NCBI RefSeq assembly: GCF_964355755.1 | Contig: NC_092673.1 | Coordinates: 28,517,648-28,581,647 of the forward strand | Direction: 5' to 3' | DNA: 64,000 nucleotides | DNA from: Antedon mediterranea | Lineage: Eukaryota > Animalia > Echinodermata | Shown: positions 1-13,172 of the stretch, in pieces | Position numbering within the stretch: position 1 is the stretch's first letter | Layout: each line of letters opens with the position of its first letter | The notes under the pieces: generated by a model | The model's database searches: none | What the model saw: the letters and a program-made list of their open reading frames with translations, nothing else | Told to the model about the DNA's origin: nothing | Made by a program: the position numbers and the translations under genes

Positions 1-30
1 CCCCCCCCCCCCCCCCCCTATTCAGGGAAC

Positions 31-211
31 GTTTGCCTCTCTCCACCCAGGTGTATAATTGGGAACCCGGTTAGATCAAGACACAACTTTGCGCTGATTA
101 CTAGCTGCATATATGGGAGTATGTTTCCATAGGTGTTTGATCCAGCAATGACTGGGGTAATAATGTTCAGCGCATTGAAAGCTTGCTTATATGCGCTATA
201 TAAGAATGAAC

Positions 212-242
<31 letters not shown>

Positions 243-243
243 T
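31..243 (+). mobile_element. 5'-truncated SINE (same family as 11265-11584)
   Basis: Shares ttgcctctctccacccaggtgtataa..gacacaactttgcgctg..gggagtatgtttccat..ctggggtaataatg..gcgctatata(att)n with the reverse complement of 11265-11584. Confidence 0.85.
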
Positions 244-3200
244 AGTACACTTTTGATACACTTCTACTGTACTGGGTTACTGTTATATGCATAGATTTTG
301 ACATTATTATTCTATGCCCATATTTAGGCACATGATGAACTAGTACTAAATTGAGGTACTAAAATGGGTTAGTATAAAGTAGGGGTTGCTATTGGATTAT
401 AAGCAGCCATAGAGCTCTACCATAATGACTTTCATCTTATTTATATAATTATTAATATCTATTATTAATATTACCATATTTAACAATGCAATTTCATTCA
501 TGCATTTATCCTTCACTTCATGTTACCGAATTCATGTATTTCATTGGTTACATGAATATTCTGTATATGTAGCCATCCATTATTTGGCATAACCATATTA
601 GCTAAATTCTAAAAGTGTAATTCATCTAAAATCAGTAATAAATTATAATTAATTATTACTACTTATTATCAGTATTGTCATAGCATTTTTAATCATATTT
701 TGCTTTTCCATAATTACTCATTCTTTATAGATTATTTCTGTTATAATTAAATTCAATAATAAAATGTATGTTGTGATAGTCTGATGGCAAAGTAGTTTTC
801 CTATTTTAGATCATATTTATTTACTTACAAACGTCATCGATTCAATAGCCTTGAGAATTCATCTTTTTAGTCAAATCAAGATTCTAGAAATGTTTATTAA
901 AATAAGAACATACAGGTAGAGTATTGATTGAAATTTGAGACAAGTATCTTGTTCAAAGTACTTCTGTTAATTATACTAATTGTACATGCCCTTCAGTAGG
1001 ATGGTCAACCATTAGCATAATTTACTGTCTAAAGCATTTTGTTGATATTGAAATTGCATCTAGGCAGATCCAACCCTAACATTTTGGAAACTACAATGCA
1101 AACGATAGGATGTTGTCTTAAGTTTTGTGTTTAATTTCACATTTAGTCCCTCAAACCAACCCCTCCCACCTCCTCTCCCTTTCTAATTTCAAAATCCAGA
1201 ATCTCTCACTGTATTAATTAATGTTATGATACCGTAGCTTTTATGTGCATTTCTTAAGTTTTTTTTGTTGTATTTTTCAGCTTCATACTGTCTCAATCTC
1301 ACCTGTTTTTAGAGGTTTTTATCTTGATTATGGATATTTTAAATTCAGGTGCATGTTGTTGCCCAAAGGAATAAGCATTGATCAAGAGTAAACCATACAT
1401 TATATAATTAGACTAGCATCAGACTGGAACCCTTGACCTTTTGATTATAAAGACACTGCTTTAAATCATCGAACCGTACTTCATTCAGTTTTTGTTAAAA
1501 TATTCTGGTAAATTCACAATATATTTTTTTAAACGCGGCGTTAATTGCATGTGGAAATTAATGAACTCATCTTCGATATCCTGTTATCATATGTTTTATT
1601 CATTTTTTGAAGTATACTAGAAAAGAAACATATTGTTGATTAAGGCAATATAATATCTAATATTCCATTTACCACTCTAATGCAAACTCTTTCATTTGTT
1701 ATTCATTTGTTATATTCATTATTAACAAAATTCAATTTGTTTTGTTGTTCCGTCGACGAGGAATTCCCACATGGGGTGCGTTGACTAAGGTGCCGCGCCA
1801 ACAAGAACGTGTATTTGGTTAATGAACATCTTAATAAGGAAACAAACAGATATGTAATTTCAATATATACACAAGCTGTTAATACTGTGTAGAAAATAGG
1901 AGTCATGGTTTTTAGGTGTTGAACTTGCGAACTATCATTTGTGTGAAAACCAATTCTAATTTGAAATGGGAGTTTACAAAACTGTAAAAGTAATGAAAGT
2001 CGTTTGTAGTATAAAGAATAGATACATGGATTTTATTAATGTCATTATTATTAGATAATGAAGTAGATAAATATGCAATATCATAAGCATCATCATAACA
2101 TATGTGAAGAGATTTTCAGATCGCTACAAAACTGTTTTGGAACTTTGTTTTACTTTCTGTGTTTTTTTTTCCATCAATAATTATTATTTTTATAAGTTAT
2201 GAATGCATTATTATTACATTAACGTGTCTTATTTTAACAGAAAGTTTATGGAAAATATTTTTCTAAATTAGGGTTGACCCGAAAGGTAAATGTAATCTAG
2301 GATGAAAACTATAGTATACTGTATATACGCCTGTACAACATATTATACAGTAACAACAATGGCATTGTTTCAGTCCATTAGTTGGCATCAAAATACATTT
2401 TTCGTCCAATACTCATCCTAATCTCAACATCTATTATAATGTATATATCAATTATTTTCTAAGTAACCAATTAGACCACCATGGAGTATTTAATGATTAA
2501 GTACGGTATTTTAACTACTTAAGATTTTCACTTAAACCCAACCTGGTAATATTAGATTTCCTGTTGAGACTATAAGTCATACAGCGCCGTAATTGACATG
2601 TAAAATTGATTTGAAAATGATAATGATTAAAATCATTATTTTGATTGAGATAAGAGGAGCATGATAGGGTACCGTAAAGATAAACCGTTGAAAATGAACC
2701 TGCGAAAAAGTTTAAGAAAATGGGACATGGGAAGACGGAGAGAAGAAGAAAAGCTGATTGAAGGAAAAGCTGATTATAGGAAGGATAAGTAAGATAGAAA
2801 GAAGTGATGAGAGGGTGTATGAGCAGCCTTAAATGAGTGACCACTTGTAAGAGAAAGTGGACAGATTGAAGAAGCAGTGGGAGACAATTTGTATGAGAAC
2901 GACGGTCAACTTAAACATTGATAATGATGTTAGTTTAGATCTTTAGTTGGTCTCCGAAACAAAAAAAGTGAATGTGTCCTCGTTTAGAACGCTGTCTCTC
3001 TCAGTTGGAGATTATCGTCTCTCGGTTTGATCTCAGTGCCTCGAGGAAGTGACTCAAGTATTGGGTTAAAAAAAGATTACCAATGTGATACACCTTGAAA
3101 CTATTTCCATAAAAACTTTATGAAAACTTTAGGAAAGATGGGAAGCTGTGTTTACAATGAATAGGTGATTTGAGATAATCTTAGATGACCTGCGAAACAA

Positions 3201-3530
3201 TACTGATGACAGATGTTTTATGTATTGTGGTATTTGCATAGATAACATATGAAATTGCAATATATTATTGGTATCAGAATATATTTTCTTTCTTTGTTTT
3301 AAGGATGTTTTAAAGAAAAAAGATAAACTAAAAGTTGGTGAAGTTTTGAAGTATTGTATGCAAGTATAGTATTAGTAGAAGAGTGAGGTTGAAAAATATA
3401 AAATAAGTTGAAAAAACATATTGGGGTGAAGAGATACAGGGTGGGGAGAAGGGGCATAACAGATAAAGGAAGGGATATGTAGCAGATACAGAACCGTGTT
3501 CATCCATGTGTATCAAAATAGGTGATTAAA

Positions 3531-3685
3531 CAGTGGCAGATCCAGGATTTTGAAATTGGGGGAAGGGGACCAGGGCCTAGAAATGGTGAAATAAAAGGCT
3601 GAGCTTAATTTGATGTCCTATCTTTTGCATTAAATTTGTGAAATTTAGGGTGGTCTGGGCCGACTGGACCTTGGATCCACCCATG
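3531..3685. mobile_element. Short MITE (CAGTGGC..GGATCCACCCATG termini)
   Basis: Imperfect TIRs flanked by TTAAA on both sides. An inverted, decayed relative lies at about 1061-1211. Confidence 0.6.
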
Positions 3686-4044
3686 TTAAACTATATTTCT
3701 GTAGTATTTACTAGTAGTAGAACTGTGGTGTATTTTGTGAAACAAAGCTTTTTTGGTTATTTTCCTGATTGCTCACTGTGTTCCCCAAGGTATGATTATT
3801 TCTTTAAAGGTGAAAGGTGAGTGGTTACCTAGGTTATGGCTGAACGCCTAAATAAAGTTCATGGGATCATTTATTCTTACACTCTATGATCTAATGTCAC
3901 ATTCAATGTTCTTTGAAATCTAAAAAGTATACTGTAAAAATGATTTTTTAATAAAATATCAATTTTAGTTTATCTGTATTTCTAATTCTTTAGTAATCTA
4001 TTCTCCAAAATAAAACTTTAGGATAGACAGTCAATTTATAATAT

Positions 4045-4680
4045 CACACCTGTATGTCTCAACTACATTCATGCATTATGCAAATGACATAACACCTGTG
4101 AATAATGTCTCAACTACACTATATATGCATGAACTACATATACATTATGCAAATGACATAACACCTGTGAATAATGTCTCAACTACATAACATATACATT
4201 ATGCAAATGACATAACACCTGTGAATTATGTCTCGACTACACAACATATACATTATGCAAATGACATAACACCTGTGAATTATGTTTCAACTACGCAACA
4301 TATACATTATGCAAATGACATAACACCTGTGAATCATGTCTCAACTACATGACATATACATTATGCAAATGACATAGCACCTGTGAATCATGTCTCAACT
4401 ACATAACATTATGCAAATGACAACACCTGTGAATCATGTCTCAACTACACAACATAACATTATGCAAATGACATAGCACCTGTGAATCATGTCTCAACTA
4501 CACAACATAACATTATGCAAATGACTTAACACCTGGATCATGTCTCAACTACACAACATAACATTATGCAAATGACTTAACACCTGGATCATGTCTCAAC
4601 TACACAACATAACATTATGCAAATGACTTAACACCTGGATCATGTCTCAACTACACATACACATGCATTATGCAAATAGA
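4045..4680. repeat. Minisatellite of about 51-54 bp, about 12 copies, with ATGCAAAT and CACCTG recurring in the unit
   Basis: Unit cattatgcaaatgacataacacctgtgaataatgtctcaactacacaacatata is directly visible. Confidence 0.95.
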
Positions 4681-5280
4681 ATCGCACCAGAAAACCTACT
4701 AAGCACTTCCCTGTTTAATAATTAATTTGTATTATTTTAAGCTTGTTATGCACCATATTGGTATTGCTATGCTGGATAATATTTAGGCTTCGTATTAGAT
4801 TTCCTGTGGCGTAAACGTTTGTGTACCTATATCTAGATCATTTGTTATTTGTGACCTTACTAAAGAAATTGATAATGTGATTTCAAATAAACCAATTAAC
4901 CTCAAAATCAAGGTAGTCTAATGATGTGATACTCATCATTGTTCTGTTTGTTACTCTAGCAACAAACCAGCACTAACATTACCATTTATTACTTAATAAA
5001 ATTATTGTACATCTGTTTTCCAATATGAATCGTTGATATGCCTTTATATTATTATTTGTAATGATCGGAAATACATAACTCTTACTTTTACATTATGCAA
5101 TTTACAAGCATAAACTGTTCCTATCACTTCAGTATGATAGCAATTCATGTAACGTAATTTCTACAGATTTAAATAATTTAATGAATAGTAGCGAAGTAGT
5201 TCTCAATAATTAATTAGAAATTTTAATTCATTTTTTCAAGAGTCTTGCATTGAAAGATGCACTAGAGATAACCAGAAATT

Positions 5281-5960
5281 AGAACCAAGAACCCTACAAA
5301 TCTATTGAGTGCTTAGCCACTGCAACCATCATTAGATTAAAAAGACTCCTGGGATGATACTGAGATGTTAGTGCTGACCATCATTTGCCCAGATTCAATG
5401 TACTAAACGTTTTTAGGACTAGAACCAAGAACCCTACCAATCCATTACAAGTGCTTAGCCACTGCAACCATCATTAGATTACAAAGACTCCTGGGATGAT
5501 ACTGAGATGTTAGTGCTGACCATCATTTGCCCAGATTCAATGTACTAAACGTTTTTAGGACTAGAACCAAGAACCCTACCAATCCATTACAAGTGCTTAG
5601 CCACTGCAACCATCATTAGATTACAAAGACTCCTGGGATGATACTGAGATGTTAGCGCTGACCATCATTTGCCCAGATTCAATGTACTAAACGTTTTTAG
5701 GACTAGAACCAAGAACCCTACCAATCCATTACAAGTGCTTAGCCACTGCAACCATCATTAAATTAAAAAGACTCCTGGTATGATATTGTGATGTTAGTGC
5801 TGACCATCATTTGCCCAGATTCAATGTACTAGTTGTTTTTAGGACTAGAATCCAGAACCCTACAAACCTATTACGAGTACTTAGCCACTGCAACCATCAT
5901 TAAATTAAAAAGACTCCTGGGATGATATTGTGATCCAGACCATCATTTGCCCAGATTCAT
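5281..5960. repeat. 142-bp tandem repeat, about 4.7 copies
   Basis: Unit starts (agaacc) at 5281, 5421, 5563, 5705 and 5847. Confidence 0.95.
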
Positions 5961-7054
5961 TTCTTATGATACCATCATTTGCCCAGATTCATTTCTTATG
6001 ATTAGGAAAGAGTTTGATTATGATAAATTAAAATGAAAGATGAAGATTGATTTTATGATTAAATGCAGGTCACTTCATCCATTGATACCAACCAAGTTTA
6101 GCCTTTTATCGTATATCTCTATGAAAATCAATAACCAACTTTGGATCCATGCATCATAAAGGTCTTTAAGTATAGGTATTATGTACTAAAATATAATGAG
6201 TCTGGCAAAATGATGGTTGAATTCCAGTACGCTAAGTGCTTGTCTATAAAAATTTCAGAAGTCATTCTTACAAAATGTAGTTCTACAAAATGTCAAACAG
6301 TAAGTTCTTTAGTAAATCATATTTCTTATTCTACATGCTTAACTGAGTATTGGCGGTAGTAATGTTCTATTTAAATACTGTACCACTGTAAATGAGTAAA
6401 TGTCATGGTTGCACAATTTGTTGATTGTGTGTTTTTTTTTAGTAATATAGAAAAATATTTCCCTGAATTTTACTAAGAAAGGTCAACATAAAAATGGAAT
6501 TTAAATAAAAAAGGGCGAATGTCATTTTTTAAATCAATACATTACTGAGAAAGTATAAATTGTAAAATGTATTTTATTGCCCGAGGAAGTGACTTAACTT
6601 GCCAATTAATATGAGAGGCAGTAATAACACGCTGTTAACAAGATTGTAATATTCGTACTCACTGCCCGTTCTACTTCTTAAAGCCTTCAGGATTTCTTAC
6701 TTAGAAGATGAGATTTTGCTTATTTTGTGAATTCAGGCAGAATTAAAGTTATATATACTGGAAATGGGGCCAACATTAGGATCAAGTTATTTGTTTTAAA
6801 GATGTAAATGTAATAGGTGTACTTTCTAAAATTAATTTCTGCTAATTAAATTACTATAGTTTGAAATTTTGATGTGTGTTTGTATGTGTAAATGTTCCTT
6901 AATTTGGAAGGATGTCGCATCCAATGTATTTTATGTAAGCTGCTTTCCCAGACTCCAAAACGATTTACATAATTATAAGTTGTAACAATAAAAATGATGT
7001 GAATCTTTTTATGTGATACATCCGGGTGTTACAGTATGTTGAATTAATATTAAT

Positions 7055-7148
7055 TTGAGTAGTTACTCATATTACATTGAGTAGTTACTCATAATATTAC
7101 ATTGAGTAGTTACTCATAATATTACATTGAGTAGTTACTCATAATATT
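7055..7148. repeat. About 25-bp tandem repeat x4 with internal palindrome TGAGTA-GT-TACTCA
   Basis: ttgagtagttactcataatattaca is repeated. Confidence 0.9.
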
Positions 7149-7562
7149 CCAGATAATTAGGAAGAAATCTAGGCCAACAAAATATCTGAAATATACAGAC
7201 AGACAAACAGGCAGACAAGATGTATGGTATCCATCTAATTACATTGATTATACAAATTTAGTTACAAATTGTTGTGGCTTGTTCCAATAAAGAACGGTGT
7301 TATTTACAATCTAAACGCTTCGCATCGTTGCTCTCGATGCGTGAAGCACAAACACCTTTGTTGTTGATTGATAAAATTCATACTCTTGTTTGATAATTAT
7401 GTGTATTGTGTGTTAGGTGCATGGATGTATTGAGGTGGGTGGCGACACCCACCTTTGAAGTATCTCACCCAGTCTAATTCAAAGCGATTGCAGCCAGTGA
7501 TATTGTAAGGCTGTCCAACAGCACATGACCCACCTCTTGGACTTCTTTAGCTACATCCTTAT

Positions 7563-7701
7563 CAGTGATGTAGCCACAAGAAATAAAGTGGTCTGGTTTT
7601 CGCAAGAAAGAGGAACAATCTCTGTTCAAGCCACTAAGTTGTCAAAAGCCTCTGTGAAAAGTTATCAGGTTGAAACCTTACCAACTGTACTGGTGGCTAC
7701 A
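7563..7701. mobile_element. Small TIR element (TGTAGCCAC..GTGGCTACA); second copy at about 11845-11974
   Basis: Two copies of about 130 bp share gtagccacaagaaataaagtgg..aacaatctctgttc..gcctctgtgaaaa..ctggtggcta. Confidence 0.7.
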
Positions 7702-8007
7702 CCCTATATAATTCAATCCAATATCTTTATTTATCCCTCATGGGGACATTTTAGAAGGCTCATTGTCATTAGTATCATTTTGCTCTCAATATGCCAACAA
7801 TTTAGACACTTGTTTTATAGACTAATGAATGAATTAATTACAGTATCCATTTGTTTTCAAGTGGAGCATTAATTGTTCTAAATATGACTAAATTACGTAG
7901 TTGTTCATTGATATATGTGTTTCTACACACTTGTTGATCTACTTTTCATTGCTGCAAATATTTACATTTATTAAATTTGTATTATATTTTATTTATTAAC
8001 ACTCATA

Positions 8008-8210
8008 CAGGCCTTGTCTTTTGCAAATTATAGGTGTGCTACAAATTGCACTCCTCAATACATTCAGGGGTGCTGTAGGTGTGCTGTTTGTATTTTGGTG
8101 TGTAGAAGTACCAAAAAAATTAAGCGTGTTGTAAATCACACTCCTCAAGGGCCGTTTAGGAGTGTGTTAGGTTAGTGATGGCACTCGCTCGCCTTAAAAG
8201 ACAAGGCCTG
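8008..8210. mobile_element. hAT-like MITE with 6-bp target-site duplication
   Basis: TIR CAGGCCTTGTCTTTT / AAAAGACAAGGCCTG, with CTCATA at 8002-8007 and 8211-8216. Confidence 0.85.
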
Positions 8211-10473
8211 CTCATAAGGACCAAGACTAGCCAGTGTCTGTATCAGTAAACGTATAAACCATTTTTAAAAAGAATTGAAAAATACTTATCAATTTAGTAT
8301 ACTATTAAATTATACTTTTTTGTTCTTTTTTCCCCTTAAAACGTCACCTCTTTGATAATATAATAATTATTATTTTTAATATTATTTTTTCATCTTGTTT
8401 TCTACATTTTTAAACGTTTTCTTTATCTCTGTTTAAAGGTATGTAAGTTAAATTGTCAATGTTATATTCGCCTAGATGAGTTACTCAACAAGGAATTGTA
8501 TTGTTTATTTCTGTTCTTTGTTTAGCATTATCTTTCCAATTTTATTGATCACATCAGGAGCGCTTTGAATTGATTATTTCCCTTGTTTTTATAACGGCAG
8601 GTGCTAAATACTTTTGTTTTCAAACTTGTTGAACAAAAGTTGAATAAGAGGTGAACCGTAAATGAATGAAGTGGGCCCTCTATGTTTATTTCTATTTGGC
8701 TCACTTGGTTTTTTTCATTTTATTTTAGCTATGGTTGCCAAAAAAGCTAATTTTCCAAACCATGCTAGGATTTATACATATTATGCATTTGTCATCAAAT
8801 TGTTATGCGCTAGGCTAGTTGGGCCTATTTAACATCAATTCAGCTGCTGATATCGATGTTTGAAAAGGGAGAACTTCAGAAAAAGGGTGGGTTCATTTGA
8901 ACCCTAAACACACCTGGCGACGGGCTTGTATTGCATAAAGTGATGTCTCTTATTTTGTGTGTCATTTTGTTTGAAAGAGAAACAATACAATTCAGATGTG
9001 ATAAAATAATCTTTGTCAGATCAGATTCTTTCATTGACAATAAATATATTTGTTGTCAATTGTTCAATTTGTAAAATCACTGATAAAAATGCATATTGTA
9101 TGTCTTTAGGTGGCAGCAGACTGTTTATTTGTGTCATCATAAAATGCCTTGGCCTCTTCATCCAATGATACCAATTGTTTCCTGTTGCCATGGTGAATTG
9201 CAATGTGATTCATTTCAGTGAGCTTTATGTAGTGTAATTTGATTTTATTTTAAGCCCCAATTCACACTTTCAAATTAATCTACTGCATAAAAACAAAGTT
9301 TGTGACAAGGAAATTGTCTGTTTTGACGCAAATCTTGATCAATTGATCCCATATCCTGTTGCATTTAATATCTATAGTCATTGTTATTGTTTTTTCTCGG
9401 AGAAAAAGATTATAAATCATATATGTAGATCATAATTCTAATTTGAGATCTACATATTATTTTTATATTATGTATCATCACTTATTTTATATGGAATTTT
9501 CTCCATGTTTATATACCAAAAAGACAATAAAAAACACATTCATAATACTACTATATTTTCATTATTATATTTTCATTATTATATTTTTCACATTCATAAT
9601 ATACTATATTTTCATTTAACTATACTCTATTTTTCTACATTTCGGCTACTAGCATCAGTAGCCTTGTTCACATAAGTGACATGTTAATTAATTGTTTTCA
9701 TCACTCATTGTGACTCAGATGAATTTTCTTCAAATACAAATTATGTAGAAAATGTTTAAAAAACACAAATTTTGTAAACATCAATTTGTGGAAGATGCAA
9801 TTGTTAATTTCTTGGTGAATTGTTTTCTCTTTTTATTGTATATGCCTGTACTACTATCCAAAATAAAAAAGAATGGATGAATAATAACAGTATGTCTAAT
9901 AGTATTAAAATCAATACATACACATATCAAAGCCTTGATGTTGTTTACTTAAATTGTAAACCAGCATTTCTTGTGTATGACTTGTCTGTCTACCTGAAGT
10001 GGCTATTGTTACATTCAGAATCATAACAGCTTCCTATTGGCTGGTAAACAGGTCATGGTTCACCTATTCTTGTTTACAGGTCATTCAAGGTTAAATTTGA
10101 TTGGTCCTTAGTTTTAGCTTTTCTCAGTAGCAGATCAGTGATTGAATAGGCCTAAGTTTTTTGTTATTTTGTCAAGAACATTTCTACTTCAACAACGTGG
10201 ATAACAGAGGCTTCACTGTTTAGCATGGATAATCTGTAAAACTTGGATTATTTTTGGATAATGTTTTAGTCTCTTGTGGTTCATGACACAATTACTGACG
10301 TTGTGTCGTATTTAGAAACCAGTCATTTACTGTCACAATCGGAAAATATTCGTTCATCATTGGAATAATATTAACGGTCATCAACAAGTGATTTGATTAT
10401 CAATAATTTCAGGATTTTATTTTCTCCGATTATTTGAAATGTTTTTATTCATAATTTGTAATTAACGGTCATC

Positions 10474-10603
10474 ATGACTTATAAGGAATATAGGCCCAGA
10501 GTGCGGCCAGGTCGTAGGTCAAGTAAGCGTAGGCCAATCAGCAGGCATGGGCATAAGTCAAGTAGTTTGTTCTGGTGTCTTCGGCCTTCTAGTCCGACGA
10601 AGG
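10474..10603 (+). CDS. Candidate alternative first coding exon A of the RasGAP (MTYKEYRPRVRPGRRSSKRRPISRHGHKSSSLFWCLRPSSPTK)
   Basis: GC-richer island. An ATG-initiated 43-codon frame plus 1 nt ends at AAG G|GTTAGT, and phase 1 matches the acceptor at 24683. Inverted CCAAT boxes (about 10037 and 10100) and an Inr-like TCAGT (about 10124-10140) lie upstream. Confidence 0.7.
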
Positions 10604-11114
10604 GTTAGTATTTTATTCAGTTTATTTGATAAAAAGTGAACGGCAGACAGTAGACATGTATAGTATGGGTTTACTTACTGTAGTAGGCATATCACTACCA
10701 TATTTAGGCATATCACTACCATATTTAGGCATATCACTACCATATTTGGGCACATTTTTTTTGGTCAAACTACAGTAGTTTGACAGTGGAGACATAGCAG
10801 TTTAAGAATATAAAATAAATTGAATTCCTTATCTTCACTATTACCATTAGACCATTTCTAAATATTTTAAAACTGATTGTCATTGCAATGTCATAGGCAT
10901 GAAACAGGATCTAGAAATTATAATAAAAATTAAAATTATTTGTGGTTGAGGGTCTTTAAAATGAAAGTCAAATATTCACACCTGTCACACTAACCTAAAT
11001 ACCGACCGCAAAATAATTCATACATTTATTTTATACTTATATCATATTTGGTGTTGTAATGTCCTTTTTAAATTGTTCTATATTTGTGATGTTGGCATGT
11101 ACAGTACTTGTAAC

Positions 11115-11199
11115 ATGTCGTTTAAAAAAAAACCTCCCAGCTACCTACCTACATTACCTTCTGCGACTGATGCCCTGCTGCCGATACCGGGGAAGATGA
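11115..11199 (+). CDS. Candidate alternative first coding exon B of the RasGAP (MSFKKKPPSYLPTLPSATDALLPIPGKM)
   Basis: aacATG, 28 open codons plus 1 nt, then donor A|GTAAGC. Phase 1 is compatible with 24683. Confidence 0.55.
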
Positions 11200-11264
11200 G
11201 TAAGCCTGTTGTATAAACATAATTAAATTTTATCTATTTTAATTTTTATTATTTTTCATAGATA

Positions 11265-11584
11265 AATAATAATAATAATAATAATACCACATTTATATAG
11301 CGCCCTTTTCATGAGTAATCATGCTCAAAGGCGCTTTACAAGCATTATTACCCCAGTATTTTTTGGGATCAAACACGTATGGAAACATACTCCCATAATG
11401 CAGCCGGTAACCAGCGCAAAGTTGTGTCTAGATCTAACCGGGTACCCATTTATACACCTGGGTGGAGAGAGGCAACGTAAGTAAAGTATCTTGCCTACGG
11501 ATACAAGCAATGCGGCGAGAGTTGGATTCGAACCTAGGTCTGACGATCGGTAGTCCAACGTCCAACAAACTGCGCCACACGCCC
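11265..11584 (-). mobile_element. Full-length tRNA-derived SINE with LINE2-like tail
   Basis: On the minus strand: head GGGCGTGTGGCGCAG (A box), GGTTCGAATCC (B box), a conserved body, and a tail aagcgcctttgag..gcgctatataaat(att)n. Confidence 0.9.
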
Positions 11585-13172
11585 TTATAAAGAAGTTAAA
11601 ATACGGCAATGATCTTGAAAATTAATAAATGTCGATTGAACTTCCAAATATTATTTTGCGGCTTGATTGTAAAGGTGTGACTTGACTTCCTATAAATAAA
11701 TAACAATAATCGCATTGTTGTCAAGGATATCCTCGTTAAGCACTTGACTCAGATGGGTGAGGTGGGATTACAATGAAAAATAAAGTACAAAAACTTTTTC
11801 TCATTTATATATGATTACAGTAGAATTTCATCTTATATTATTTACAGTGTTGTAGCCACAAGAAATAAAGTGGTTCGGTTTTCGTAAGAAATGGGAACAA
11901 TCTCTGTTCCAGCCACTTGGTTGTCAAAGGCCTCTGTGAAAAAGTGGTCAGGTTATCAACCATACTGGTGGCTAAGGCCCGGTTAAATCTTTCAAAAAAC
12001 AATTCTGTTCTGTCTATATTTATCACCAGTAGCCATTTTCGTCCATTGTGTCCACTTTTCTTTGTTTTAACTTTTCCTGGAAAGATACATGAGTAATATC
12101 ACAAAAAACATTCTGAAACCTTTTGTGTTTTATCCATAATTGACATTATATTCATGTGAGTGGACAATGGTGATTATTTGTACTGTATCTTACATAAGTG
12201 ACTAATGAGTCATCATGTAAAGGAAACCATTGTTTACAATCTGCTGGAGTAAACAATCCTCTGAAATGAATTTGAAAACTAAATTAACCGGATGTATACA
12301 TACATGGAGAGGAACAAATATAGTACAAAGTTGAAGTTTATATTACTTTACATTCATGTCAAAGTGTGCTGGTGCAAAATGTTTCCTTTATTCTGAAAGT
12401 TTGGTATTCAGGACAGTGGTAAGAATTTGACGATGAACTCTGAGAAAATGAGATTTTCCGGTTTTCAAGAGTCCACTTTTGAGAGAGTCTGTGATTGTAA
12501 CACATGTACGCCATAAACATACAATTCTTTTGCAAATATTGTACAGTACAGTAGATATGAAAAAGTATACAGTAATCACTATACGAGAATATTTTAGTTG
12601 TAATTTCTATTTGCGGTAAAGGTCTGTTTAATTTTTGTTAAATTTCACTCATGCTTCCTCGCTCACGATTACGTTTCAGTGTCAGTTATTGTTAATTAAT
12701 TATTGTATAATTTTAGTTTAGGTGGAAAATTAATTTTTAACTTTAACAACAACTCTGATGTCATAAACTATTTTGACCTTGACAAAAACAATTATTTACA
12801 TAGGGCAAACCAATCCTAAGATTTAGATTAGATTTTTGTGATAAGTACAATGCATCCGGTAGTTGTATTATGACGTTTGTTTACAATTCTTTAAAAGTGA
12901 CAGAATATTTACTATTAGGAAAATAATATTGGAAATTTACAGTGCCTACGTATTGGAAAAAAATAAAAAAATTAGTTTTGAGAGAAGAGAACTATTAAAT
13001 ATAAATTATTAAATATCATAAATTTAAATTTAATTATATCCCACTTTCATTTTGAAATCTGAGGAAAGTACTTGACCAATTTTGCTTTTTTGCTAATTTT
13101 ATTTTGTGCAAAATATCCATTATTGTAATTTGTTCAGTAATTGTATCATAATATCCCAGAAATAGTAAGCAA

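Noticed and set aside
1680-1775. ATG-initiated ORF MQTLSF..FCCSVDEEFPHG ending at a GTGCGT donor
   Set aside because: It is phase 0, incompatible with the 24683 acceptor, and no partner exon was found. It cannot be excluded but is unsupported.
3792-3816. MIISLKVK plus a phase-1 GTGAGT donor as a further first exon
   Set aside because: It is very short, has a poor start context and shows no promoter cues, so chance is likely.
4045-7148. Regularly spaced repeats resembling a CRISPR array
   Set aside because: Units are repeated in full with no unique spacers, there are no cas genes, and the context is eukaryotic.
11510-11584. tRNA gene
   Set aside because: The A/B boxes continue into a SINE body and tail shared with 31-243, and there is no closed cloverleaf.
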